This document shows, one piece after another, positions 18,712 through 27,464 of a DNA stretch of 64,000 nucleotides (the stretch's first letter is position 1; each line of letters starts with the position of its first letter). Where the stretch lies: assembly GCA_041664365.1 (NCBI GenBank), contig JBAYKW010000002.1, positions 85,961 to 149,960 on the forward strand. Reading direction: 5' to 3'. The notes under the pieces are model-generated. The model was given only the letters and a program-made list of their open reading frames with translations. It was not told the origin of the DNA and did no database searches. Source of the DNA: Patescibacteria group bacterium (GTDB lineage: Bacteria; Patescibacteriota; Patescibacteriia; UM-FILTER-42-10). The position numbers and the translations under genes are program-made.

Positions 18712-21700
18712 ATGCCAGAACCAACAAGCCCATATAATCCAAGAAATTCATCTATCATTGATGCGGATTTTAATGATATAAAAGATGAGAATGATATTGT
18801 TCCAGGGGGAGATCAAGCTCGAGGGGAGGAATCCGGTACGTCTAATTCGCAAGCTACGCCGGCAGCGGATCGAGGTGGGAGTAAATTGAGAAGAATTTTT
18901 TCTAGAAAAAAAGGTGCGCCAGTATCTGCAGATGCAGTAACGCCGGATCCTGTTGTCCCAACTCCGGATGGTAGTGGAGCGCCTGAAGCAGAGACGGTTC
19001 CAGAATTAAATGCTACGGCAAGAGATTATTTGATGTTTTTGGATATGATTCCTGAAAATGCAGATGATGTTTCGCCTGAAACAATAGCACAAGCAAATGC
19101 CTATGCAACAACACTGGAATCCATCAAGGATGATCCAAATTTTGAACCGATTGTTACTCAAATCCGAGAGAAATTTAATGATATAATGTATCGTTTACAT
19201 CTGGAACCCAGTACCCACAGCAAGAGCGAGTCTTGGACGTACTGGGATATGGCTAAACAGAAATATATAAATGACCATCCGGATCAACAGGACACCAGAT
19301 ATCGTATTGGGGACCCGCTTAAAGACGAAGTGCTTCAGGATCAAATTGCTAGCAGGCAACTGGGATGGGAAATATATAGCAAAAATTCTGTTGGTGTAGA
19401 TCATGGCGACGGATCCGGACTTGTTAGAAAATTTCAGGAGAACGTGTCAATGAATATATTGGATAAAGATAATCCCAATTATCCGGAGATAATGGAATTG
19501 CTAAAGAAAGATGCTAAACCGGAAAACGACACTTTAAGTTCCGTGGATTTAACCCGACTAGGAGCACTAATCAGGCAAAATTTAGGAGAAGAGAATGTCA
19601 GTGTACCTGAAAAAAAGGGTGCAATTTTGGGTAGAATGTGGAAAGGTGAATACATAAGTCAAAAAGAAAAAGATCATGCGAGCGCATGGGAGGAGACCGC
19701 CTGGAACGCCGGTAAATTTGCAGCTGGAGTTACTAAATTATTTGGTGCCGGAACGGCTTTTCGACTTGCTGATCGATGGGCAAAAAGAAATGCCAGATTA
19801 AGCGAAGCTGGAAGGATTATGGGGATACTTGCAGAGGAGAAAAATTTGAGGAAGAGATTAGATTCAACGACAGATGAAGATGAGAAAAAACAGATCAGGG
19901 CGAGATTAGATCAGCTGAATGTAGGTGAATCAGAAACAGGAGATGTTAGAATTCAACAAAGAATGAATTCAATGAGAAAAGAAATTAAAGAATCCAAATT
20001 TCTTTCTCAAGAAAAAAAAGTAAAGCTGGAAGAAAGACTTAGATTATTGGAAGAAAGGTGGATCAAAGGTGAAGCAGAAATACATGCTCAAATGGCGGCA
20101 GATATTGATATTGAACTTGATCGCCGTGACGCTGAAAAAGCAAGAAGGTTAAATGCCTTACAACATGCAATTGAAGGTGAGATCAGCAGTGATTTGGATG
20201 AAAATGTAGGGGAAAAAGCAAAGAAGATGGATTATGTTAAAGAGACGGTGGTGGGTGGAGTGGGTGTTGTGTCAGGTGCATTTACAATTCGTCTCGCCGC
20301 AAGTGGTGCAATTGCTTTAGGTGAAAGATTCAAAAATCTACACGATGCAAAAAAAGATGGTGAAAGAGTAACACCAAAAGAACTGATTGTTGATGGGCTC
20401 TGGGATATGGCTCGGGAGATGTTTGGCCAAGGCAGACTGAAAGGTATGGAGAAAGGAAGAAAGAAAAATATGGCTGTAGCGGGTACTTGGGCAAAGGCAA
20501 TGGTACCGGCAATGATTGCATTGGCTGGTTTTGATGAAGTGAGAGACTATGGTTCGGGTACATTCAGTAAATCAATTCAGCATGCGATAGAAAGGTCAGA
20601 AGAGGTTCAGAAAGCATGGACTGCTGTAATGAACGGTAGCGGTGATGCTGCTAAAGCCGTTTTATTAACACTAAATTGGCAAGAAACATTCCACCGAACT
20701 TTTGGATTATTTAAAGGTTTACATGGTCATGCACCGGATGCTGCACAATCAGAGAATTTGGCAAAGGGCGTGGCTCCTTCAGCAGGGGCATTCACTCCAG
20801 AAGACACTGCGGCACTTAATACACCGCACGCAGAACACTCGGGTGCAATATCAGCGGCGGAAGCTAGCAGAGTTGCCCAGGTTGCTGAGGTAGAGCCTAC
20901 ACCAGGACCGATTACAGCGGAGACTTTGAAATATGACGCACTTAAAAATGCGGGAGTCCAAGGGGGAGCGGTTCCTGACGCGCAGGTGGAACCCAGCGCT
21001 CCGGCTGAAACCAATATTCCTAAATCCGGTGAAAATTTGAGTGCACCGCGTGAGGCAGTTGCTTCAAATGCCGTGGCAGGAACAGATTCTATCCCTCCTA
21101 AGGTAGAACCGCTGGTTGGAGCAGAACAACCTACATCCTGGATGTTAAATGAACAAAGAATAATAAATTTAGAATCAAGCTTTGGAGTAGATTCAGCGGA
21201 TGGTATAACTCCTGAAGATGTGCAAAAGGTAGCAGCTCAATTGCAGGGAGTAAATGCCGATTCGGCGGATGAACTGCTTAAATCCTGGCAGGGCACGCAT
21301 CCCGAAATTGCTAATTCTATTCAGGAGTCTCGAGCGCTTGTTGGATTAGAGAAAGCATTAGGAGTAAACTCATTTGAAGGCCAGGTTTCGCCGGAAGAAT
21401 TGAAAAAGGTTATTGCCGAACTTGCCGGAGAAAATAAAGAAAACGCAGACAAGCTTTTAGCAGCCTGGGAGAGTAAAGGACTGATTGGACACGATGCTGT
21501 TTTAGCCGGACGTTTCCCAATTGAACACCCGTCAATTGAGCATGCCGGATTCCAGACGGAAACCGCGGATGCCAAAGTTGACCTTGCGCTTGATCTAGGC
21601 AAGGAAGGGGCTCCTAAATTTTTGGAGCAGGTGTTTTACCGTATGGCGCTGGATGATGCAAATATCGGTGGTGAGATTACGAACCTGGAAGGAGCTAGAA

Positions 21701-23538
21701 TTTTAAATGTCGGTGCAAACATGACTGCGCTGTCAGAAGGGCATGATATAGCAGGAGTTTCTGCGGAAACCTTTGCAAAATACGTAACGGTTGCGGATGG
21801 AAAATTAGCAATCACAAACTTTGCCGGGTTTCATGAGGAAGTTCTGTCAAAATTAACGGCTCATGCGGAGCAACTTATTACAGCAGATAATGTAGGTAAC
21901 TCCGGTGCAATAGAATATTTAAATAATATTAAAAATGAAACATGGGCGGATATGGCTAAGCCGATTGGTGCGGAAGTAAATCTGGATCAGGCGCAGATTG
22001 AGCATGCAGAAGCCCGTGCGTTTAACGATTTGGTTGATGATACGGGAGAGCAAACTGGTCTTGATAAAAACATTACTAATATTGAAGTCAACGACGAAAA
22101 TACTGGATCATTTAAACTCGCGGGTGAACTTGTACCTGTAGATCACGGTATGATATCTGGAATCGGCGATACGCATTTTGATCAACCAATACCACTGGAC
22201 AGCGAAGCCGGGCATGCGAAACTGCTGGAAGAGGCAAATAGGATTGAGGCACAAAGGATTGAAGCGAATAATTTGGATGACACTGACGATGATATTATTG
22301 GGGATGCGAGTGTTGGAACTGATGCAGATGATGACGATGAATTGTTGGACTTGAAAACTACCGATAATGCAGTAACGCCTGATAATAATACCACTGATAC
22401 CAAACCAGCCGAAAGCACTGACAGCGCGCGCGAAATTCCACGCAGCAGTCTCAACCCTATTCCTAAGACCGAAATACCGGAAGGTATGACGATCAAAGCC
22501 ACGCCGGAAGCGGATCATTTTATGAGGCAGAATGGCATAAGAATTTTTAACGGGCAAATTATCGGTGATAAGTTGCTTCATAAGATTGACTTTATACCTG
22601 AACCGGGGCCAGATATGAATGCCGGTACGACACAAGCAGTGGATTTTAAGATGACGGAAAATGGAAATATGAGAGTTATTGTTACAGATACGGATGGTTT
22701 AAAAGCTATACAAGAAGTCACATCCGCGGGCAAGATAATACATATTCAGGGCGCAGAGAATCTAGGCACAACGCCACCTGAAATCCCGGTTGCACCTGAC
22801 GCAAGTTCAGCAGCTGAAACAGCCGGTGATCAGTTAGAAACAGTAAAAACACCAGACGGAATTACAGCGCGTTTTACTTATGATAATACCGGTAATGTGA
22901 CGGGTGTTAATGTAGAAGGATCTACAAGCGGTGAATCCGGTTCTCTGCAGGATAATTTCAGGGAAAAAATTAAAAGCGCTTGGGAAGCGGCAGGTAAAAA
23001 AGGTGATATTCAATTAAATATTGATAAAGTTGAAATGGAAGCCGGGAAGATTGATCTGCATCGCAGTGTATTGAGTTCAATGCAAGCAGCTGGTCAGGGT
23101 AATTCGCCAGAAGCGGAATTCATGAGACAGCAGATTGAAAGAGCGATCGAGCACACAGAAAAAATATATGGAGATGTATTCAAAAATTCACCGGCTGAAA
23201 GCATCCCTACCAACATAGAATCAAGTGTAGAAATTCCGGCATCACCGCTGGATGTCAAACTTGCCATGGAAAACCTGGTAACCGGTATTCTATCAGATAT
23301 GGACAATGTTTCGCCGGAAGTATTAAAGGCGCTTGACGGTATTGGTCTGGATGATATTGCAAAAATTAACAACACGACTTTGCTGGAAAATATTAGGGAA
23401 GGAGCCAGGGGAGTGATTGAAGAAATTAAAGCTAACCCTCCTTATGGATCCGATACGGAAGTGTTAGCAGCTGTTACTAGGGGGAATAACGCGATTATTG
23501 AAGTGATTGATGCCAGGTTGAGTAAACTGAAAGCATAA
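18712..23538 (+). CDS. Giant (about 1609 aa) acidic, low-complexity, repeat-containing protein of unknown function. No TM helix or signal peptide.
   Basis: Continuous ORF. The start at 18712 directly follows the stop of the upstream gene; an alternative in-frame ATG lies at 18646. Coiled-coil stretch EKKVKLEERLRLLEERWIKGEAEIHAQ. Roughly 50-aa tandem repeats (GITPEDVQKVAAQLQGVNADSADELLKSWQG / GQVSPEELKKVIAELAGENKENADKLLAAWESKG). D/E-rich tracts such as DDTDDDIIGDASVGTDADDDDELLD. Confidence 0.6.
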   Translation: MPEPTSPYNPRNSSIIDADFNDIKDENDIVPGGDQARGEESGTSNSQATPAADRGGSKLRRIFSRKKGAPVSADAVTPDPVVPTPDGSGAPEAETVPELNATARDYLMFLDMIPENADDVSPETIAQANAYATTLESIKDDPNFEPIVTQIREKFNDIMYRLHLEPSTHSKSESWTYWDMAKQKYINDHPDQQDTRYRIGDPLKDEVLQDQIASRQLGWEIYSKNSVGVDHGDGSGLVRKFQENVSMNILDKDNPNYPEIMELLKKDAKPENDTLSSVDLTRLGALIRQNLGEENVSVPEKKGAILGRMWKGEYISQKEKDHASAWEETAWNAGKFAAGVTKLFGAGTAFRLADRWAKRNARLSEAGRIMGILAEEKNLRKRLDSTTDEDEKKQIRARLDQLNVGESETGDVRIQQRMNSMRKEIKESKFLSQEKKVKLEERLRLLEERWIKGEAEIHAQMAADIDIELDRRDAEKARRLNALQHAIEGEISSDLDENVGEKAKKMDYVKETVVGGVGVVSGAFTIRLAASGAIALGERFKNLHDAKKDGERVTPKELIVDGLWDMAREMFGQGRLKGMEKGRKKNMAVAGTWAKAMVPAMIALAGFDEVRDYGSGTFSKSIQHAIERSEEVQKAWTAVMNGSGDAAKAVLLTLNWQETFHRTFGLFKGLHGHAPDAAQSENLAKGVAPSAGAFTPEDTAALNTPHAEHSGAISAAEASRVAQVAEVEPTPGPITAETLKYDALKNAGVQGGAVPDAQVEPSAPAETNIPKSGENLSAPREAVASNAVAGTDSIPPKVEPLVGAEQPTSWMLNEQRIINLESSFGVDSADGITPEDVQKVAAQLQGVNADSADELLKSWQGTHPEIANSIQESRALVGLEKALGVNSFEGQVSPEELKKVIAELAGENKENADKLLAAWESKGLIGHDAVLAGRFPIEHPSIEHAGFQTETADAKVDLALDLGKEGAPKFLEQVFYRMALDDANIGGEITNLEGARILNVGANMTALSEGHDIAGVSAETFAKYVTVADGKLAITNFAGFHEEVLSKLTAHAEQLITADNVGNSGAIEYLNNIKNETWADMAKPIGAEVNLDQAQIEHAEARAFNDLVDDTGEQTGLDKNITNIEVNDENTGSFKLAGELVPVDHGMISGIGDTHFDQPIPLDSEAGHAKLLEEANRIEAQRIEANNLDDTDDDIIGDASVGTDADDDDELLDLKTTDNAVTPDNNTTDTKPAESTDSAREIPRSSLNPIPKTEIPEGMTIKATPEADHFMRQNGIRIFNGQIIGDKLLHKIDFIPEPGPDMNAGTTQAVDFKMTENGNMRVIVTDTDGLKAIQEVTSAGKIIHIQGAENLGTTPPEIPVAPDASSAAETAGDQLETVKTPDGITARFTYDNTGNVTGVNVEGSTSGESGSLQDNFREKIKSAWEAAGKKGDIQLNIDKVEMEAGKIDLHRSVLSSMQAAGQGNSPEAEFMRQQIERAIEHTEKIYGDVFKNSPAESIPTNIESSVEIPASPLDVKLAMENLVTGILSDMDNVSPEVLKALDGIGLDDIAKINNTTLLENIREGARGVIEEIKANPPYGSDTEVLAAVTRGNNAIIEVIDARLSKLKA

Positions 23539-23563
23539 TAAAAAGCAGGGCTCAAAATAATAA

Positions 23564-23598
23564 GTAGGCGCGAATACGTATTCGCGCCTACTGTTTTT
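23564..23598 (+). terminator. Rho-independent terminator, probably bidirectional (ends the giant ORF and the minus-strand GC-rich gene).
   Basis: gtaggcgcgaat-acgt-attcgcgcctac followed by tgtttttgg. An A-run upstream serves the opposite strand. Confidence 0.65.
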
Positions 23599-23734
23599 GG
23601 TAAAGAAAAAAGGTTCCGATCATCTGCAAGTTGCCAAGACGTAATGCTTGGTATAGATGGGAACCTTTCTATGGAACGAGGGGTGGTCGAACGAGGTTCG
23701 ACCGAAAGAGCGGTGCTGCGAATCGGATTCGCAG

Positions 23735-24583
23735 CTACTCGGTGTCGTTCTCGGGGAACGTCACCGGCTGGGTGTTCGCCTTCGCATTGGCGACGAATTT
23801 CGCCGCATGCTTGGCGTTCTCTGGCGACCCATTGTACTTGGCGTACTTGAGGGCCTCCATACAGGCCGCGATATTCACGCGGCCGGCGTTTGCGGTGTTC
23901 AGCAGAATTTCGAACTTGGAATCTGCGGAGGTCTGCCAGGTCTTGATCTCGGCGATCTGGGCCTGCAGGTCGACGACCTCCTCGTTGAGGTTGCCGATGA
24001 TCTGGGCCAGTTTGACGTCAGCGTCGGCGCCGGCGTTAATCTTCTCCTCCAGGTCGGCCCGCAGGGGATTGATCGCGGCCCGCACGCGCGTGTCGATCTC
24101 GATGCGCTGCTTGGCAGCGGCGCGACGTTCGTTGACCTGGAACCACATGGAATCCAGGACTTCATCCAGGGTTGCTTTCTCGTCGAAGGTCTTGAAGCCG
24201 TACCTTTCGACCCAACGGTTGTTGAGCCAGCCCAGCTTCTCCTCTTGACTTCCGGTGGAATCGTCAGCCGCCCACTGCATGCTCTCCTCGAAGGTGAGCT
24301 TGCTGACGGCCTTGGCCCAAACGGCTTCCCGTTCGGACTGCTTCTTGGCCGCGAGCTTCCTGAGCTCGGCTCTGGCAGCTGCCTTCTGCAGGTCGAGCGT
24401 GGTCTGGGCAGTGAATACAGCCTTCAGACTGTCGGCCTGGGTGATCTTGCCGGCGGCCTGCAGCTGGAGCACTTGCTCCTGCTGTGCGGTGGTCAGTGTG
24501 ACCTCCGGCGTCGCGGCGAAGACGTTGGCGATGGACAGGGCGGCCATCAGGGTGACGGCCATGGTCAGAGTGCGGAACTTCAT
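23735..24583 (-). CDS. Secreted Ala/Gln/Glu-rich helical protein, encoded in a GC-rich islet.
   Basis: Signal peptide MKFRTLTMAVTLMAALSIANVFA. RBS gggaggaaacgaagATG. Region is roughly 60% GC. The overlapping opposite-strand ORFs are GC-driven artefacts. Confidence 0.55.
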   Translation of the reverse strand: MKFRTLTMAVTLMAALSIANVFAATPEVTLTTAQQEQVLQLQAAGKITQADSLKAVFTAQTTLDLQKAAARAELRKLAAKKQSEREAVWAKAVSKLTFEESMQWAADDSTGSQEEKLGWLNNRWVERYGFKTFDEKATLDEVLDSMWFQVNERRAAAKQRIEIDTRVRAAINPLRADLEEKINAGADADVKLAQIIGNLNEEVVDLQAQIAEIKTWQTSADSKFEILLNTANAGRVNIAACMEALKYAKYNGSPENAKHAAKFVANAKANTQPVTFPENDTE

Positions 24584-24643
24584 CTTCGTTTCCTCCCAGA
24601 GAGGGCGGTTGTCAATGGCGATCCAGGAATAGGACCGCCGCGT

Positions 24644-24958
24644 TCACTTGCCGAAGAGTCTCGAAAACAGCTTCATGATCAGTATGATGCAGATCGCCAC
24701 AACGTTACCGAAGGCCATTATTATCAGAGCTATTATAGCTGCCTCCATAAAAAATGTATAAGTTGATGGGACCGCATCTCTATCGATCACCCGAATTGTG
24801 ATCGTCATGGAATCGGCCGTGGCGACGTTGCCGGAGTTCAGGATCTGCTCTAGCTGAGCGTTGGTCAATGTGACCTCCGTGTCGGCAGAAGCGGTGACGG
24901 TGATGAACATGACGGCCATCAGGATGACGGCCATGAGAATCGTGCGGAACTTGAACAT
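24644..24958 (-). CDS. Short secreted/membrane protein; N-terminal paralog of the 23735-24583 gene.
   Basis: MFKFRTILMAVILMAVMFITVTASADTEVTLTNAQLEQ aligns with MKFRTLTMAVTLMAALSIANVFAATPEVTLTTAQQEQ. C-terminal TM helix. RBS gggaggaaaataATG. Confidence 0.5.
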   Translation of the reverse strand: MFKFRTILMAVILMAVMFITVTASADTEVTLTNAQLEQILNSGNVATADSMTITIRVIDRDAVPSTYTFFMEAAIIALIIMAFGNVVAICIILIMKLFSRLFGK

Positions 24959-25283
24959 TATTTTCCTCCCAGGGTGGGGTAGGTTGTCAAAGGCAGTGCT
25001 GGTGAATTGCCACTGCCGCGCGTCTATCGTTAAAGGCGGTTTCTCGTTGTTTGTTGGACAACTTACAAGAAAAAGGCCTTACGTCTGCATACTATAATTT
25101 GAGGTTGCAATATCCAGACGTAAGGCGATTTTTGCTAAAGATTCTCTCCTCTACCTATTCAATTGTTAACCGCGTAGTATATACCTAAATCTGCATTTTG
25201 TCAATACTTAAGAAGATAATTTTGGCTATTATTAGCTAAAATGCTTGCAATATTATTTTGTTAACATATAATGAAATGGTCAT

Positions 25284-25700
25284 ATGAACAGATATAAGAA
25301 ACTTATTTACTATTACCTTCCGCCGCTGCTTTTGGCCGGGCTAATTTTCTATTTATCATCAATCCCTGATTTACAGAGCGGATTGCCGAATACTTTTGAT
25401 TTGGTTTTGAGGAAAATAGCCCACATGGCGGAATACGGGCTTTTGGTAATTTTACTGCTGAGAATGTTTTTTAATAATGATGAAATTAAAAGAGACCTGA
25501 AAACCGGAACGGTTAAACATCAGAATATGTTATACCTGGAAATTATCGCGGCCGGGATACTGGTATCATTACTTTATGCTTTGTCTGACGAGTTCCACCA
25601 GGTTTTCGTGCCGGGCAGAAGCGGTTCGCTGTGGGATGCCGGGATTGATTTTATCGGGATTGTTATTGGAACCATCATCTACGACCGCAAACGATGGTAA
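25284..25700 (+). CDS. VanZ-like family membrane protein.
   Basis: LRKIAHMAEYGLLVILL...DEFHQVFVPGRSGSLWDAGIDFIGIVIG matches the conserved VanZ motifs. Confidence 0.6.
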   Translation: MNRYKKLIYYYLPPLLLAGLIFYLSSIPDLQSGLPNTFDLVLRKIAHMAEYGLLVILLLRMFFNNDEIKRDLKTGTVKHQNMLYLEIIAAGILVSLLYALSDEFHQVFVPGRSGSLWDAGIDFIGIVIGTIIYDRKRW

Positions 25701-25709
25701 TTTGAATAA

Positions 25710-25756
25710 AACAAAAACGTAGGCGCGAATTCGAATTCGCGCCTACGTTGTTTATT
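25710..25756. terminator. Bidirectional rho-independent terminator between the VanZ-like gene (+) and rplT (-).
   Basis: aacgtaggcgcgaattcgaattcgcgcctacgtt is a 14-bp stem. Flanked by an A-run and gtttattt. The stem sequence resembles the hairpin at 23564. Confidence 0.65.
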
Positions 25757-25762
25757 TAGAAA

Positions 25763-26110
25763 CTATTTTTGCACCAGTTTGACGATTGCCTTGAAAACTT
25801 CCGGATTCTTCTGCGCCAGTTCCGAAAGAACTTTGCGGTCGATTTCCACTTTGGATTTTTTCAGCAGGTCGATGAATTTGGAATAAGACAATCCTTCTTC
25901 TCTGACGGCGGCGTTGATTCGAATCTGCCAGACACTGCGGGCGGATCTTTTTTTGGCGCGTCGGTCACGGAATGCGTGAGCGCCGGCTTTTAAGACCGCG
26001 GTCTTGGCTTCTTTAATCTTTTTCTTGCGTCCCCATTTGTAACCCTTGGTGCGTGCTAAAAGGTTTTTTCTCCTTTTTACATGCGCGGTTCCTCTTTTTA
26101 CTCTAGGCAT
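25763..26110 (-). CDS. rplT: 50S ribosomal protein L20.
   Basis: MPRVKRGTAHVKRRKNLLARTKGYKWGRKK..AHAFRDRR is canonical bL20. Confidence 0.9.
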   Translation of the reverse strand: MPRVKRGTAHVKRRKNLLARTKGYKWGRKKKIKEAKTAVLKAGAHAFRDRRAKKRSARSVWQIRINAAVREEGLSYSKFIDLLKKSKVEIDRKVLSELAQKNPEVFKAIVKLVQK

Positions 26111-26139
26111 TATTTTGTATCAGTTATATTTTATAAAGT

Positions 26140-26358
26140 TTATCGATAGGGCATCAATTTTTCAATTGATTTGACATTGGTCTTGTGAATGACTTTGTCT
26201 CTTCGTTTCCGAATAGTTTCCTCGCCTGAATCACGAGAGTTGAAATGATCCTGTCCGGAAGTGCGCTGAATCATTTTAATTGATTTCTTACCTCTCTTGC
26301 TTGGCTTGGTTACTCTGATTCGTTTGCTTGTTGCTTTATGAGTTTTGATTTTCGGCAT
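26140..26358 (-). CDS. rpmI: 50S ribosomal protein L35.
   Basis: MPKIKTHKATSKRIRVT..G is canonical bL35. Sits in the conserved infC-rpmI-rplT order. Confidence 0.85.
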   Translation of the reverse strand: MPKIKTHKATSKRIRVTKPSKRGKKSIKMIQRTSGQDHFNSRDSGEETIRKRRDKVIHKTNVKSIEKLMPYR

Positions 26359-26371
26359 TTGGTTTGTTTAG

Positions 26372-26454
26372 TAGTTGGTAATTCGTAATTAGTAATTAGT
26401 AATTTGTAAGTGGTAACTGGTAATTGGTGATTAGTAATTGGTAATTAGTAATTT
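26372..26454. repeat. Heptameric tandem repeat (GTAATTN) x about 11 in the infC-rpmI spacer.
   Basis: gtaattc gtaatta gtaatta gtaattt gtaagtg gtaactg gtaattg gtgatta gtaattg gtaatta gtaattt. Abuts the infC stop codon. Confidence 0.8.
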
Positions 26455-26983
26455 ACTTTTTTGCAATGATACTGATCAATTTTGCGCCTTTTCTGACAAT
26501 CGGCTGTTCAATCAAAATGGTATCACCTAAACTCGCATGAAAATTTTCAAATATTTCTTTAGCCAGGTCAAAATGGGCTTTCTCTCTACCTTTGAGCATC
26601 ATTTCAATCTTTACTTTATCACCCTGGTCCAGGAACTTTGAGGCTTGTTTCAGCCTGACATCAATATCGTGTTTGCCGATTTTTAAGGTTAGCCTGATTC
26701 CTTTGATCTCTACCTTTTTCTGTTTGGCTTTTTGTTTACGTTCCGCTTTATCTTTCCGGTACTGGTATTTTCCGAAATCAACCAATTTACATACCGGAGG
26801 GGTGGCTCCGGTTGAAACTTCAACAAGATCAATTCCCTGATCTATAGCCATCTGCTGTGCTTCTGCAATCGGAACGGTGCCCAACTTATTTCCCTGTTCA
26901 TCAATTAATAGAACTTCGGTGGCTCGAATAAAACTGTTTTTTCTCGGCCCTCGATCAATCGGTTTGTTGAATTTGTTGTAAAT
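26453..26983 (-). CDS. infC: Translation initiation factor IF-3, with a probable AUU start codon.
   Basis: C-domain motifs. The ORF stays open upstream of the first ATG, and the extension (IYNKFNKPIDRGPRKNSFIRATEVLLIDEQGNKLG) matches the IF-3 N-domain (INxEIRAxEVRLI..G). An in-frame ATT sits at 26981-26983, the conserved autoregulatory start. Confidence 0.75.
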   Translation of the reverse strand: MYNKFNKPIDRGPRKNSFIRATEVLLIDEQGNKLGTVPIAEAQQMAIDQGIDLVEVSTGATPPVCKLVDFGKYQYRKDKAERKQKAKQKKVEIKGIRLTLKIGKHDIDVRLKQASKFLDQGDKVKIEMMLKGREKAHFDLAKEIFENFHASLGDTILIEQPIVRKGAKLISIIAKK

Positions 26984-27065
26984 AGTTGTGATGCTTAATT
27001 ATTAATTGTATTAATGAAAGTGGTCGAAGACCACGAGCGAATCACGCAAAGCGTGATGAGTCGAG

Positions 27066-27454
27066 TGGTGGAGATGAGGGGCTTTTCACCCCTGTCTAGC
27101 AAGAAACCATAAAACCTTCTACAAATATAGTTTGCTCTAAGTTTAAATACTTACGTATAGAGCAAACAAAGCCGTAAGTATCGGTCTCCATTTTGGTGTC
27201 CTGATTCATCTGGAGCGCTTGAACCAGTAATCTCGATAATATGACACCCGTTATTTGCCCATCGAGCATCAGCAAAACGGATGGCAGTAGGTTTTAGGCT
27301 ACTGCGGGTGCCAAAGATAAAGATGCAAATGCAGTCTTTACTCTGGACATAAATGATTTGGCATTTATGATTGTTCCAGGATTGATAACGGAGTTCCCGG
27401 AGCTCCGATTTGCTGGTTCTATAATGAACTTACTGTCGATTTTGTAACATCCCC
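27066..27454 (-). ncRNA. ssrA: tmRNA (ssrA) candidate.
   Basis: Immediately downstream of smpB on the same strand. 5' GGGGATG pairs with 3' CATCTCC-ACCA to give a 7-bp acceptor stem with G3:U70 and a terminal CCA. ATCGACAG resembles the tmRNA UUCGACGG region. Internal tag ORF ...AFASLSLAPAVA ends in TAA. T-arm is GGGG-TGAAAAG-CCCC, a non-canonical loop. Confidence 0.6.
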
Positions 27455-27464
27455 ATGATGTTTA

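Noticed and set aside
23631-24766. Long plus-strand ORFs (205, 369 and 125 aa) and extra minus-strand ORFs overlapping the 23735-24583 and 24644-24958 genes.
   Set aside because: They lie in a roughly 60% GC block where stop codons are rare in all frames. They lack an RBS or signal peptide, have Arg/Gly/Leu-rich composition typical of antisense GC-rich frames, and overlap better-supported genes.
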